Assembly (NCBI GenBank): GCA_965228735.1
Contig: OZ245838.1
Coordinates: forward strand, 2,624,001 to 2,688,000
Length of the DNA stretch: 64,000 nt
Reading direction: 5' to 3'
Source of the DNA: Planctomycetota bacterium
GTDB taxonomy: Bacteria > Planctomycetota > UBA1135 > UBA2386
Shown: one piece after another, positions 19,413-29,870 of the stretch
Layout: each line of letters begins with the position of its first letter
Numbering within the stretch: position 1 is the stretch's first letter
Made by a program: the position numbers and the translations under genes
The notes under the pieces: model-generated
Seen by the model: the letters and a program-made list of their open reading frames with translations, nothing else
What the model was told of the DNA's origin: nothing
The model's database searches: none

Positions 19413-21111
19413 CGCCGCGCCCGAGACCGGCGCTCCTGCGGCTGTCGAACCCGCGCCGATCGAGCCCGCGAAGGCGCGTTCCGAGGACAGCCAACCGGCG
19501 CTCGCCAAGGGCCACCTGCACCCGGCGATCCTGCTGCTGCGGCTGCTCGATGCGATGCGGCAGGCAGTGTTCCCCGTCGTCGCCGGCCTCGTCATCCAGC
19601 ACTGGTTCCTCGTGCTCGCCGGCGTCATGTTCCTCGTGCAGCTCGGCTACGCCCTCGTGCGTTACCTGACGCTCGAATACCGCCTCACCGCCAACGAGCT
19701 ACGCGTGCGCGAAGGTCTGCTGCACCGGCAAGAACGGCGCATCCCGCTCGATCGCATCCAGGATCTCGGCTTCGAGTCGACGATCCTGCGCCGCGCGCTC
19801 GGGCTCACGGTCGTCCTCGTCGAGACTGCATCCGGCTCGGGCGTCGAGGCCCGGTTCGACTCGCTCGGGCGCGCCGACGCCGATCACCTGCGCGAGGTGC
19901 TGCTGGCCGCGCGCCGGCGGATCGTCGCCGAAGAACAGGCCCGCGACGGCAGCGCCGGCGCTACCACCACCACCGCCGCGGATGCGACGCGACCCGCGGC
20001 CGCCGACCCGGACGAACCCGAGTGGCTCGTCCACCGAAGCTCCACGGGCGAGCTGCTCGTGCGCGGCCTCACCGACCTGCGGCTGTCCGCGTTCGCCGTC
20101 ACGGGGTTCGCCGCGTTCGAGTTCGCCGATCAGCTCGGCATCATCGGTCAGCTCGAGGGCACCGCGCGCAGCATCCGCGACTGGTTCGCGGGCCTCGACC
20201 CCGTCGTGCTGGCGGCCGTACTCGGCGTGCTGTTGTTCGCCGTCATGGCGTTCGGCATCGTCACCGCCACGATCGGCAGCTTCGCGCAGTTCTTCGGGTT
20301 CCAGCTCACGCTCAGGGGGTCCGTGCTGCTGCGCCGCTACGGCCTGCTCACGACACGCCAGAAGACGCTGCCGCGCGAACGGATCCAGCGCGTGACGCTC
20401 GAGATGCCGTGGCTGCGCCGGCTCACCGGCTACTGCTCGATCAAGGCCGACTCCGCGGGCGGCTCGCGCGCGCAGGGCGAGGACACGACCGGCGGCTGGG
20501 ACGTCGTCGTGCCGCTGACGCGTCTGCCGAGCGCGATGGCGCTGCTGCCGGCCATGCTGCCGGGTCTCGAACGCGAACACCTGCCGTGGCAGCGCGGCAG
20601 CCACCTCCTCGTCGCGCGCACGACGATCGGCGGCGCGCTGCTGGCGACGTTCCTGATCGCCGGCGGCTGGCCGTTCTTCGGGCCGATGGCGCTCATCGCG
20701 CTGCTCGTCGTGCCGATCTGGGCGCTGCTCGGCATGCTCGCCTACCGCAACCTCGCGTTCGCCCTCGGCGGCGACTTCCTCGCGCTGCGGCACGGGATCA
20801 TCGGCAGCTATCTCGCATACCTGCCGACGAAGAAGGTGCAGAGCGTCGTCGTGCGGCAGAGCCCCATCGAACAGCTGCTCGGGCTCGCGGAGCTCACGGT
20901 GCACGTCGCGGGCGGCTCACCGACCCGACTGCCCGACCTGACGATCGAGAATGCGCGACAGCTGCGTGCGGCGCTCGCGGCGATCGCCGTCGCCGCCGCG
21001 GCCCGTGACTGGGTCAAGGCCGAGGCGACGGCGGTGACGACGGGACCCGATCCCCAGTCGCCGGCGGACCCGCCAGTGGCCCCGCCCACCGATTCCGACG
21101 AGGCGCTGTAA
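19396..21111 (+). CDS. bacterial PH domain membrane protein (YdbT-like)
   Basis: Three bPH_2-like repeats (IPLDRIQD, LPRERIQR, LPTKKVQS...QSPIEQLLGLA); paired with the YdbS-like gene. Confidence 0.85.
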   Translation: MTADSDAAPETGAPAAVEPAPIEPAKARSEDSQPALAKGHLHPAILLLRLLDAMRQAVFPVVAGLVIQHWFLVLAGVMFLVQLGYALVRYLTLEYRLTANELRVREGLLHRQERRIPLDRIQDLGFESTILRRALGLTVVLVETASGSGVEARFDSLGRADADHLREVLLAARRRIVAEEQARDGSAGATTTTAADATRPAAADPDEPEWLVHRSSTGELLVRGLTDLRLSAFAVTGFAAFEFADQLGIIGQLEGTARSIRDWFAGLDPVVLAAVLGVLLFAVMAFGIVTATIGSFAQFFGFQLTLRGSVLLRRYGLLTTRQKTLPRERIQRVTLEMPWLRRLTGYCSIKADSAGGSRAQGEDTTGGWDVVVPLTRLPSAMALLPAMLPGLEREHLPWQRGSHLLVARTTIGGALLATFLIAGGWPFFGPMALIALLVVPIWALLGMLAYRNLAFALGGDFLALRHGIIGSYLAYLPTKKVQSVVVRQSPIEQLLGLAELTVHVAGGSPTRLPDLTIENARQLRAALAAIAVAAAARDWVKAEATAVTTGPDPQSPADPPVAPPTDSDEAL

Positions 21112-21120
21112 CCGAACGTC

Positions 21121-22698
21121 GTGGGCGGCGCACTCCATGGTGTGCAGAGCTCCGCCCGTTCGACGATCACCATCGGTTCTGGCCTCGTGCTCGGGGTCGA
21201 CGCGATTCCGATCACCGTCGAGGCCACGACCCGACACGCCTCCGACGGCACCCCGCGCCTGCTGGGGCTCGTCGACACGGTGGTGCGCGAGGCCTACCAC
21301 CGCGTGCTGCAGGCGTTCTTCGCGCTCGACCTGCCGACGCCGCGCGGCATCACGACGTTCAACTTCGCGCCGGCCGCGCTGCGCAAGCAGGGCAGCGGAT
21401 TCGACCTGCCGCTCGCGCTCGCGCTCGCGGGTGCGGCCGGGCTGTTTCCCGCCGAACGCGTGGCCGGGCTGTTCGCGTTCGGCGAGATCAGCCTGGCCGG
21501 CCAGATCCTGCCGGCGCGCGGCGCCGTGAGCGTCGCGCTCGCGGCCAGGAAAGAGGGCGCAACGGCGATGCTCACGAGCCCGCCCGACGCGCACGCCAGC
21601 GCGGCGATCGACGGTCTCGACGTCTTCGGCGCGGCGACGCTCGCGGACGCGATCTACTGGCTCGCGGGCGAGCGCCGGTTGGAGCCGGCGACCGAAGTCA
21701 CGACCGCAGCCGGCTGCGGTGCCGCATCCGACCGCCGTGGGCACGAACCCGACTTCGCCGACATTCGCGGCCACGAGACGCCCAAACGCGCGCTGACCGT
21801 CGCCGCTGCCGGCGGCCACAACCTGCTGTTCGTCGGCCCGCCCGGGACGGGCAAGAGCGCGCTGGCGCGCCGGCTGCCGGGCATCCTGCCACCGCCAACG
21901 GCCGCGGAGCGCCTCACGATCCTGCAGGTGCACGCGGCGGCGGGCCTCGCGCGACCGCCGCGTGATCGGCGGCCGCTCCGGGCGCCCCATCATTCGAGCT
22001 CGACCGCGAGCCTGCTCGGCGGCGGTCGCGAACTGCGGCCCGGCGAGGTCAGCCTCGCGCACCGCGGGGTGCTGTTCCTCGACGAATTGCCCGAGTTCCG
22101 GCGCGACGCGCTCGAGGCGCTGCGGCAACCGCTCGAGGACGGCCACGTCACGGTCGGGCGGGCGCAGCACACCGTCACGATGCCGGCTAGGTTCGCGCTC
22201 GTGGCCGCGATGAACCCGTGTCCGTGCGGCTTCTACGGTCACCCGGCGCGGCCGTGCCTGTGCTCACCGGCCGCGATCCAACGGTATCACCGCCGGCTGT
22301 CCGGCCCGTTGCTCGACCGGCTCGACCTGCGGCTCGAGGTCCCGGCGCTCGATCCCGGCACGTTCGACGGACCGCGCGACGATCACGGCAGCACGGCCGC
22401 GCTCGCCGCACTCGTGCGGGGCGCCGTGGCCCGGGGCGCCGCCCGCAACGCGGGGCTCGACCTCGAGGGCCTCAACGCCGAGTTGCCCGACGGTGCGCTC
22501 GATGCCGCGTGCCGGCCGACCTCGGCGGCGCGATCGGCGTTGACCGACGTGCTGCGGCGATCGCGCGCGAGCGGCCGCACCCGCGTCCGCCTGCTCCGCG
22601 TCGCGCGGACGCTCGCGGACCTGCGCGGCGCGGACCGCGTCACCGACGAAGACATCCTCGAGGCCGCGACGCTGCGGCGTGCCGAAGCGCCGTGTTGA
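21121..22698 (+). CDS. comM: YifB/ComM family Mg-chelatase-like AAA+ ATPase
   Basis: PAALRKQGSGFDLP, GPPGTGKS, RAPHHS, PGEVSLAHRGVLFLDELPEF, AMNPCPCG. Confidence 0.92.
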   Translation: MGGALHGVQSSARSTITIGSGLVLGVDAIPITVEATTRHASDGTPRLLGLVDTVVREAYHRVLQAFFALDLPTPRGITTFNFAPAALRKQGSGFDLPLALALAGAAGLFPAERVAGLFAFGEISLAGQILPARGAVSVALAARKEGATAMLTSPPDAHASAAIDGLDVFGAATLADAIYWLAGERRLEPATEVTTAAGCGAASDRRGHEPDFADIRGHETPKRALTVAAAGGHNLLFVGPPGTGKSALARRLPGILPPPTAAERLTILQVHAAAGLARPPRDRRPLRAPHHSSSTASLLGGGRELRPGEVSLAHRGVLFLDELPEFRRDALEALRQPLEDGHVTVGRAQHTVTMPARFALVAAMNPCPCGFYGHPARPCLCSPAAIQRYHRRLSGPLLDRLDLRLEVPALDPGTFDGPRDDHGSTAALAALVRGAVARGAARNAGLDLEGLNAELPDGALDAACRPTSAARSALTDVLRRSRASGRTRVRLLRVARTLADLRGADRVTDEDILEAATLRRAEAPC

Positions 22699-22713
22699 GC
22701 ACGGGGCGCCGCG

Positions 22714-24243
22714 TCAGCGCGGGACCCGCACGCGGTGGCCGCGCGGGTCGACCCTCTCGGCGCGCGCGGCGCGTTCGCGCAGCGGGCCCTGCAGCGGCGG
22801 ATCGATGGCCTCGGGGCTCAGTTCGATCGTCCGGAAGACGAAGCCGAAGTCGCCGGCGAGTTCGTCCCATACCGCGGCCGGCGCGGAGCAGAGCAGCACG
22901 AGGAACGCGTCGTCGTGCGGAATCACGTCGATCGTCGCGCGGCGGCCGATGCCGGCCTGGCGGCCCTTGGCGAGCAGACGCACGGAGCGACTGCCGCGGA
23001 CGAGGCGCCGCTCCCGCCCCTCGACGGAGAGGCCCGGGTGCAGCAGCCGGATCCAGTTCGCGACCGCGTCCACGGCCGTCTCGAGGTCGGCGCCCGGTTC
23101 GAGATGCTCGATCCGGGTCAGCCCGATCGTGGCGTCGTGCACGGAGCACGACAGCGTGATGCGGCCGGGCTCGAGGATCTCGGCGAGCTCCCACGCGGGG
23201 TTGGGCACCCACAGGCCGAAGCGCCCGTCGAACTCGCGCGCGAGGGCCGCCGGAATCGTCGCGCGGCCGACCTTGCCCTTGGCGCTGTTCTTGTCGCTCG
23301 GGATGGCGACGAGGGCCGGCCCGGCGATCTCGCGACGCAGGGTCCGCATCGACGCGTCGAGCCAGGTGCAGTTGGTCGTGTTGGCGCCCGACTCGACGAT
23401 CTCGGTCACGCGTTGCCGCTTGCCGAAGAGCTCGACGGCGCGCGCTCCGCTCGTCGCGATCGTCCGCCGCGAGAACTCCTCGGCCGCGGGATCGAACACC
23501 GGTGTGTCGACGAGGTCCTGCGGCGCGCGGCTCGCCACGGTGCGGGCGAGCAACGGGAACGTCGAGCCGCGGCGCCAGTCGTAGGTCCGTTCGGTGCGGC
23601 CGCTGCCGTCGGCCCGGATCACGACGAGCCGGTCCCCGTCGCAGCGCGCGTCGACGATCCGCTCGCCGAGCACGCGGTCCTGCTCGCCGCGGGCGATCGC
23701 GAACATCGGCTCACTGACGCGTTCGCGGAAGTAGCAGCCGAGCGGCTGCAGCTGCGCGGTCGCGCGGCATTGGCTCGTCACCTGGTAGCGGCGGCGGCCC
23801 TCGGCGAACTCGTACTCCTCGCTGACCGTCACCACACCGTCCGCGCCGACGACGATCGCGGCGTGCAGCCAGCCGACCGACGTGCCGCGCGCGTCGTGCA
23901 GCACGAACCACTCGTCGCGCGGCTCGATGCCCGCGATCGTTGCCCGGATCTCCGCGCCCGCGCCGCGCTGGATGGCCTTGACGCGGTCGCGACCGATCCC
24001 GACGACGGAGCCGGCCTCGAGCTCGAACTCGACGTAACCGTCGAGCTCCGCGAGCACCCGGCCCTCGAAGCGTTCGCCGTTCTTCAGCTCGATGACGTCG
24101 AGCCGTTCGATTCCCGGAGTGTGGTCTACCGGAGTCCTGCCAACCGGCTGCTGGCCAACAGGCTGCTCGGTGACCACCGGGTCCTGAGCCAGCGCGCTCC
24201 CGAAGGACGCCGACAGAGACAACGCGATTGCGATGCGATTCAT
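22714..24243 (-). CDS. hypothetical secreted protein
   Basis: Signal peptide ending ALA-QD; DVIELKNGERFEGRV N-terminal module; host-like codon use. Confidence 0.75.
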   Translation of the reverse strand: MNRIAIALSLSASFGSALAQDPVVTEQPVGQQPVGRTPVDHTPGIERLDVIELKNGERFEGRVLAELDGYVEFELEAGSVVGIGRDRVKAIQRGAGAEIRATIAGIEPRDEWFVLHDARGTSVGWLHAAIVVGADGVVTVSEEYEFAEGRRRYQVTSQCRATAQLQPLGCYFRERVSEPMFAIARGEQDRVLGERIVDARCDGDRLVVIRADGSGRTERTYDWRRGSTFPLLARTVASRAPQDLVDTPVFDPAAEEFSRRTIATSGARAVELFGKRQRVTEIVESGANTTNCTWLDASMRTLRREIAGPALVAIPSDKNSAKGKVGRATIPAALAREFDGRFGLWVPNPAWELAEILEPGRITLSCSVHDATIGLTRIEHLEPGADLETAVDAVANWIRLLHPGLSVEGRERRLVRGSRSVRLLAKGRQAGIGRRATIDVIPHDDAFLVLLCSAPAAVWDELAGDFGFVFRTIELSPEAIDPPLQGPLRERAARAERVDPRGHRVRVPR

Positions 24244-24255
24244 GATCCACGGTCG

Positions 24256-24284
24256 CTATCGAACGCGCCGTGCCATCGGCTTTA
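24256..24284 (-). promoter_or_regulatory. putative sigma28-like promoter (TAAA-N19-CGATAG)
   Basis: Minus strand TAAAgccgatggcacggcgcgttCGATAG, 12 nt before ATG 24243. Confidence 0.45.
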
Positions 24285-24308
24285 CGGCTGTCGCGAATTC
24301 CGACGCCG

Positions 24309-26066
24309 TCAGGCCGGCCCGTCAGGGGCGGCCCCGGCCGGGCCATCGCCGGCCGGCGGGCGACGCCAGTCCGCGCCGCGGGCCGCGAGGCCGAGCAGCA
24401 GCCCGGCGGCGGTCAGGACCGGCAGCAGCAGCAGCCACGGGGAAACCCCGAGCAGCGCCCCCCAGAACACCCACCACACGTGCCGGAACCCGCGGTCCTC
24501 CCAGTAGATCGGCGCGAGACCCTGGCTGGGCCGCACGGCCTCGACGCCGAACAACGGTTCGATCGTATTCGCGCTGCCGTCGACCCGCCGCCCGTTCTCG
24601 TCCTCGAAGTCGCCGCGCACCGACCGCACGCAGTAGGTCCAGTTGGCGTGCAGCGGCGAGAATCGCGGCAGGAAGAAGAAGTGGTCCGCGGCGTCGAGGT
24701 TCTGCCAGTCCTCCTCGTCGATCTCGCCGTTCTGGTACTCGCGTTCGTACATCGCGGTCACCCCCTGACCGGCGAGCTGGTTGAGCCCGTGGGTCGGCGC
24801 GACGAGCCCCGTGACGTTCACGAACAGGCCGAGGGTCGCGAGCGCCAGGAACGTGCGCGGCCACGTGCGCCACGGCGTGAGCTGCGGCAGCGCGATCGCG
24901 AGCAGCAGCACGACGCCCGGCGTGACGTAGCGGATGCCCCAGCATTGGCCCGACTGCCAACCGTTGGTCGACGAGAACATCAGGAACGGGATCAGGAACA
25001 ACACCTGACCCAGCACCCCGAATTCGACCGCTCGACGCCGCGCGATCGTCAGCGGGACGACGAGCCAGAGCAGCGGGGAGAACCACAGGATGCCCTTCCC
25101 CGCGGCGACCAGGATCTTGGTCGCGCCGAACCAGATCGGGTAGTTGAACCACGAGTCGGCCTTGGGGTAGCCCGTGTCGGTCACATCGCCGTGCCGCAGC
25201 CAGTTCACGGTCATGAGCAGCGCGAGGCAAGGCAGGCCGCCCAGGGCGAACCAGAGCAGCGCGCGCCACGACGTGCGACCGCGCCACGCGGCGGCGGCGA
25301 GAGCGACCACGAGCACGGGCACGAGCGTGCCGTGCGGGTAGCGCGTGAGCACGGCGAACCCGGCGGCGAGCCCACCCAGAACGAGTTGCACCGTGGATGC
25401 GCGGCCGCCGGCTGCGCGCGCGACCACGAGCATCGCCGCGAGCAGGCAGCACAGGCCCGGCGTGTCCGACAACCCCTCCCGCACGAGCGGCATGAACTGG
25501 CTCGTGAGCGCGATCGCCGCGGTCGAGATCATCGCGTCCCGCGGAGCCGCGCCGAGCTCACGGGCAAGGAAGTAGAGCAACAGGATCCCGATCGCGCCGA
25601 GCACCGCGGGCCACATCGCGGCGATCGCCTGGATCCACACGAACTGACCGTCGAGGTACGGCAGGTGAGAGGCCAGCTGGGCGTCGTTCAATCCCGCGGC
25701 GACGCGTTCCTTGAAGCGCTGCTCGATCGCCGGGAACGCGCTGTCGAGCGCGTCGCCCGCGATGACGGCCGGCACCATGAGCCAGACGTGCCCCATGGGG
25801 AACCAGACGTAGAGCTTCCCGTTCCGGCCCTCCTTGCCGTACCACTGTTCGCCGCGCTCGAGCCGGAGGCGATGCTCGAACACGAGCGCCTGTTCGGCGA
25901 GGGACTCGGCGCCCTGCCTCGGACCGGCCAGGCCGCTGTCCCCGCGATGCCAGAGCGCGCGAGCCGCGTGCATCGTCGCGGCCGCGTCGCGGTTGTCGAG
26001 GTTGCCCGGCGCGGTGACGTAGCACAGCAGCGCGAGCCCGAAGAACGCGAGCACGACGCGCCGCAT
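24309..26066 (-). CDS. multi-pass membrane glycosyltransferase (GT-C, ArnT/PMT-like)
   Basis: ATG at 26066 overlapping the upstream stop; TM1 followed by a D-containing loop; GKGILWFSP, WGIRYVTP. Confidence 0.7.
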   Translation of the reverse strand: MRRVVLAFFGLALLCYVTAPGNLDNRDAAATMHAARALWHRGDSGLAGPRQGAESLAEQALVFEHRLRLERGEQWYGKEGRNGKLYVWFPMGHVWLMVPAVIAGDALDSAFPAIEQRFKERVAAGLNDAQLASHLPYLDGQFVWIQAIAAMWPAVLGAIGILLLYFLARELGAAPRDAMISTAAIALTSQFMPLVREGLSDTPGLCCLLAAMLVVARAAGGRASTVQLVLGGLAAGFAVLTRYPHGTLVPVLVVALAAAAWRGRTSWRALLWFALGGLPCLALLMTVNWLRHGDVTDTGYPKADSWFNYPIWFGATKILVAAGKGILWFSPLLWLVVPLTIARRRAVEFGVLGQVLFLIPFLMFSSTNGWQSGQCWGIRYVTPGVVLLLAIALPQLTPWRTWPRTFLALATLGLFVNVTGLVAPTHGLNQLAGQGVTAMYEREYQNGEIDEEDWQNLDAADHFFFLPRFSPLHANWTYCVRSVRGDFEDENGRRVDGSANTIEPLFGVEAVRPSQGLAPIYWEDRGFRHVWWVFWGALLGVSPWLLLLPVLTAAGLLLGLAARGADWRRPPAGDGPAGAAPDGPA

Positions 26067-27709
26067 CAGCCGCCGCCTCCGAGCGCTCCCGGATCGACGC
26101 CGAGCCACGGCAGCGACCACCACCAGAGCATGGGCACGAGCAGGATCGCCGCGAGCAGGTCGAGGAAGATGCCGGCGCGCGCCATCTGGCCGAACGTCAC
26201 GAGCCGCGAGGCGAAGACGATCGTGTTGGGCGGCGTCGCGATCGGCAGCATGAAGCCGCACGTCGACGCGATGACCGCCGGTGCCATGAGCGCGACCGGG
26301 TCGATCTTGGCGGCGATGGCGCCGTCGCGCAGGACGGGCAGCAGCATCGTCGCGCAGGCCGTGTTGCTCGCGACCTCGGAAAGCGCGGTCACCGAGAGCA
26401 CCATGACGCCGATGAGCGCCGCGGGGTGCCAGGCGCCGATGAGCGGCGCGAGCAGTTCGCCGAACGCCGCGGACAAACCGGTCGGCGTGAACGCGCTCGC
26501 CATCGCGATGCCGCCGCCGAGCAACAGCAGCAGATCGAACGGCATCTGCCGCGCCGTCTCCCAGTCGACGAGGTGCTCGCGCTGGCCGGACGGCGTCGCG
26601 GGGGCGCCGGTCGGCACGAGGAACGCGAGGATCGCGACGAGGACCGCGACCGAACCGTCCGCGATGAACCCGCTCTTCTCGCCCGCCGGCACGAGATGGT
26701 GCGCCCAGCCGTGAATGACGTTGCCCGGGCCGAGCTGCAGGTCGCCGCGCGTCACCCACAGCAGCACGGCCAGCCCGAAGAGGACGGCGGTGCGGCGTTC
26801 GGCCCGCGACCAGGACGGCAGCGCACGCGCTTCGGCAAGCAGCTCGTCGCCGCGCGCGAACCGCTTGCCCGGGACGCGCAGCGGCACGCGCGTCATCACG
26901 ACGCTCGCGAGCCAGGCAAATAGCAGCGCGAACGGCCCGAACGCGATGAACCAGTCGAGGAACGACACCGGCCGCGCGCCGGCCTCGACGAGCGGGTCGT
27001 GGGTCGAGAAGAACAGCGCGTTGGGCGCCGTGCCGATCGGGGTCGCCATGCCGCCGATCGACGCGCCGAACGCGATCGCGCACATCACGCCGGCGCTGAA
27101 GTCGCTCTGGGTGCGGTCCGGCAGTTCGCTGAGCGCGGCGGCGCGGCGGCAGACCACGATTCCGATCGGCAGGAGCAGCAGCGCGGTCGCGGTGTTGCTG
27201 ATCCACATCGACAACAAGGTCGATGCGAGGAAGAACCCGGTGACGAGTCGGCGCGGCGACGGCCCGAGCAACGCGATGACGCGCAGCGCGAGCCGGCGAT
27301 GCAGGCCGCAGCGCTCGACCGCCTGCGCGAGCACGAACCCGCCGCCGAACAACCAGAGGATCGGATGGCCGTAGCCGTCCGTCAGGGTCGCGGTCGACGC
27401 GACGCCGAGGATCGGGAGCAGCGCGAGCGGCAGCAGCGAAGCGGCGGCGATCGGCATCGCGTTCAGCAGCCAGCACGACGTCGTCAACGCGGTGACGAAC
27501 AGCAGCCGGCACGCCGGCCCTGGGTCGGCGCCCGCCGGCAGCGGCAGGTAGCGGCCGAGGAACGCGACGAGCAGGCCGATGCCGATCGCCAGCGCGATGC
27601 GGGTGCCGTGCACGTCCCGGCGCGTCGGGGGCGCGCCGCCGCCCCGATTCGGATTCGGACTCGGACTCGCGGCACCCGACCCGGCTGAAGGCATGCCGGT
27701 GCCGGTCAT
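26066..27709 (-). CDS. SLC13/DASS family sodium:dicarboxylate/sulfate symporter
   Basis: SMWISNTAT, GGMATPIGTAPN, SEVASNTA, FMLPIATPPN. Confidence 0.93.
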   Translation of the reverse strand: MTGTGMPSAGSGAASPSPNPNRGGGAPPTRRDVHGTRIALAIGIGLLVAFLGRYLPLPAGADPGPACRLLFVTALTTSCWLLNAMPIAAASLLPLALLPILGVASTATLTDGYGHPILWLFGGGFVLAQAVERCGLHRRLALRVIALLGPSPRRLVTGFFLASTLLSMWISNTATALLLLPIGIVVCRRAAALSELPDRTQSDFSAGVMCAIAFGASIGGMATPIGTAPNALFFSTHDPLVEAGARPVSFLDWFIAFGPFALLFAWLASVVMTRVPLRVPGKRFARGDELLAEARALPSWSRAERRTAVLFGLAVLLWVTRGDLQLGPGNVIHGWAHHLVPAGEKSGFIADGSVAVLVAILAFLVPTGAPATPSGQREHLVDWETARQMPFDLLLLLGGGIAMASAFTPTGLSAAFGELLAPLIGAWHPAALIGVMVLSVTALSEVASNTACATMLLPVLRDGAIAAKIDPVALMAPAVIASTCGFMLPIATPPNTIVFASRLVTFGQMARAGIFLDLLAAILLVPMLWWWSLPWLGVDPGALGGGG

Positions 27710-28035
27710 GCCGGCGGCGTCACCGAATCACGCAGCCACGCGAGGTAGGCCGGCAGCCCGCTGGTGATCGGCAGTTCGATCACCTCGGGCACGTCGTAGG
27801 GATGCAGTTCGACGATGCGTGCGCGCAGCTGCGCCGCCATCGCGACCGTCGACTTCACGACGAGCAGCGACTCCTCCGCGCTCTCGACGCGACCTTCCCA
27901 GCGGAACGTGCTCAGCACCGTCGGGATCACGTTCACACAGGCGCAGAGCTGCTCCTCCACGAGCTTCTGCGCGAGGTCACGGGCGCCGGGCGGCGGCGCG
28001 GTGCACAGGACGACGACGGCTTCGGGGCTGCTCAT
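27706..28035 (-). CDS. cutA: divalent-cation tolerance protein CutA
   Basis: LVEEQLCACVNV, FRWEG, HPYDVPEVI, YLAWL. Confidence 0.93.
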   Translation of the reverse strand: MSSPEAVVVLCTAPPPGARDLAQKLVEEQLCACVNVIPTVLSTFRWEGRVESAEESLLVVKSTVAMAAQLRARIVELHPYDVPEVIELPITSGLPAYLAWLRDSVTPPA

Positions 28036-28088
28036 GCGGGACGGATCGCTGCAGGACGCGCGCGAGGTGATCGCGCGATGAGTGGGGG

Positions 28089-28838
28089 TTACTTGCCGCG
28101 GGCGAGCCGTTCCGCGAGTGCTGGGTGCAGGCCGGCCGCGAGGATCTTGGCCTGCGCGCGGCGGAAGTCGTAGGGCACGCGGTGGATCTCGACGACGCCC
28201 TCGCGCACGACGCCGAAGCTCGCGCGCGGGTCGCCGTCGCGCGGCTGCCCGACACTCCCGACGTTGACGACGCACGGGCCATCCAGCTCGAACACGTTCT
28301 GGTCGTCCGTCGCCTGCGTGAAGCGGTAATCGGGCCGGTGCACCCCGGGCCAGTGGGTATGGCCGACGAAGCACGGCCGATCGATCATCGCGAAGATCTG
28401 CTGCAGCTTCTCCGGTTCGAGGAAGCCGTCGCTCTTCAGCACGTACTCCATCACCGGATCGCGCGGCGAACCGTGGAAGTAGAGGAAGCGCCCGTCCTCC
28501 TTGCGCTCGGGCAGGCCCTTGAGGAACTCCCACGCCGCGCGCCGCCCCGGCCGGAACAGCGACGGCTTGAGCATGTTGCGCGTGTGCATCAGCGCTTCGC
28601 GCGCGAGCGGGTTGAAGTCGTCGAGGTCGTGGAACAGGCCCCAGTCGTGATTGCCGAGGATCGTCCACTTGCAGCGCTGCATCACGAGCCGCGTCACGGG
28701 GAGCGGATCGGCGCCGTAGCCGACCACGTCTCCGAGACACGCGACCTCGCTCACGCCGAGCGAGTCGATGCGCGCGAACACCGCCTCGACGGCCTCGAGG
28801 TTGCTGTGCAGGTCCGAGATCAGCGCAAACGTGGTCAC
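28089..28838 (-). CDS. calcineurin-like metallophosphoesterase
   Basis: SDLHSN, LGDVVGYG, GNHD, HGSP, GHTH, NVGSVGQPRDG. Confidence 0.93.
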   Translation of the reverse strand: MTTFALISDLHSNLEAVEAVFARIDSLGVSEVACLGDVVGYGADPLPVTRLVMQRCKWTILGNHDWGLFHDLDDFNPLAREALMHTRNMLKPSLFRPGRRAAWEFLKGLPERKEDGRFLYFHGSPRDPVMEYVLKSDGFLEPEKLQQIFAMIDRPCFVGHTHWPGVHRPDYRFTQATDDQNVFELDGPCVVNVGSVGQPRDGDPRASFGVVREGVVEIHRVPYDFRRAQAKILAAGLHPALAERLARGK

Positions 28839-29839
28839 GGCGTGTTCACCCCGGCCGCCGCATCACGCAGAGCGCGCCCCACCGCTTCTTCGACCGCGAT
28901 CTCCGCCTGCGCGAGGGGCATCGTCATCGTCGCGCCCGCGGCCTTCTTGTGGCCGCCGCCCCCGAACGTCGTGCAGATCACCTGCACATCGAGGTCCGTC
29001 CGCGCGCGCATCGACAGCTTGACCGCGCCATCGAACCGCTCCTTCAGCAAGGCCACGACCTCGACGCCCTGCAGCGATCGGAGCGGTTCGAGCACGGAGT
29101 CCGTGTCGAAGTCGATCCGCACGGCCTGCTCCATGATCGACTTGTCGAGGGTGACGATCGCCAGGCGCCCGCCGCACGCGAGGCGGTGGCGCTCCAGCGC
29201 GGTCGTGAGCACGCGACCCGATTCCGGATGGTTGTTGCGATAGAGATGGTCGTAGAGCCCGCCGACGTCGACCCCGGCGGCGACGAGTTCGCTGGCGAGC
29301 GCGAACACCTCGGTGTCGGTGTTGGAGTAGCGGAACCAACCCGTGTCCGACACCAGCGAGAGGAACACGCCCTCGGCGGCGACCGCATCGAGCGGCACGT
29401 CGAACTCGCGGAACAGCCGGCGCACGAGCGCACCGGTGGCCGCCGCAGTCGAGTCGACGTAGGACGCGACACCATCGCCGGCCTCACTGCCGACGTGGTG
29501 GTCGACGACCGCGATCGGCTTGTTCGCGAGCCGCAGCTGCCCACCGAGCGCGCCGAGCCGCGACAAGGTCGCGCAGTCGAGCAGCACCGCGACGTCGAAA
29601 TCCGGCAACGGTCGCTGGTCACCGCGCCAGTGCTCGAACTCCGTGTGCCGCTGCAGGAAGTGGAAGGACTTGCCGATCGGATCCGGGTTGCAGATCACGG
29701 GCTTCTTCCCCATCGCCTGCAGGAGCCGGCTCATCGCGACTTCCGCCCCGAGGCAATCGCCGTCGGGGTTCTCGTGCCCCGACAGCAGAAACCTGTCGTG
29801 TCGGCGAATCAGCTCGTGGAACTCCTGGGCGTCGCTCAA
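28835..29839 (-). CDS. DHH family phosphoesterase (NrnA-like)
   Basis: HENPDGD, DHH, SDTGWF, GGGHKKAAG; TTG start inferred. Confidence 0.9.
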   Translation of the reverse strand: MSDAQEFHELIRRHDRFLLSGHENPDGDCLGAEVAMSRLLQAMGKKPVICNPDPIGKSFHFLQRHTEFEHWRGDQRPLPDFDVAVLLDCATLSRLGALGGQLRLANKPIAVVDHHVGSEAGDGVASYVDSTAAATGALVRRLFREFDVPLDAVAAEGVFLSLVSDTGWFRYSNTDTEVFALASELVAAGVDVGGLYDHLYRNNHPESGRVLTTALERHRLACGGRLAIVTLDKSIMEQAVRIDFDTDSVLEPLRSLQGVEVVALLKERFDGAVKLSMRARTDLDVQVICTTFGGGGHKKAAGATMTMPLAQAEIAVEEAVGRALRDAAAGVNTP

Positions 29840-29870
29840 GACCGCACTGTAGAGGCGGCCGGCTGGCGGC

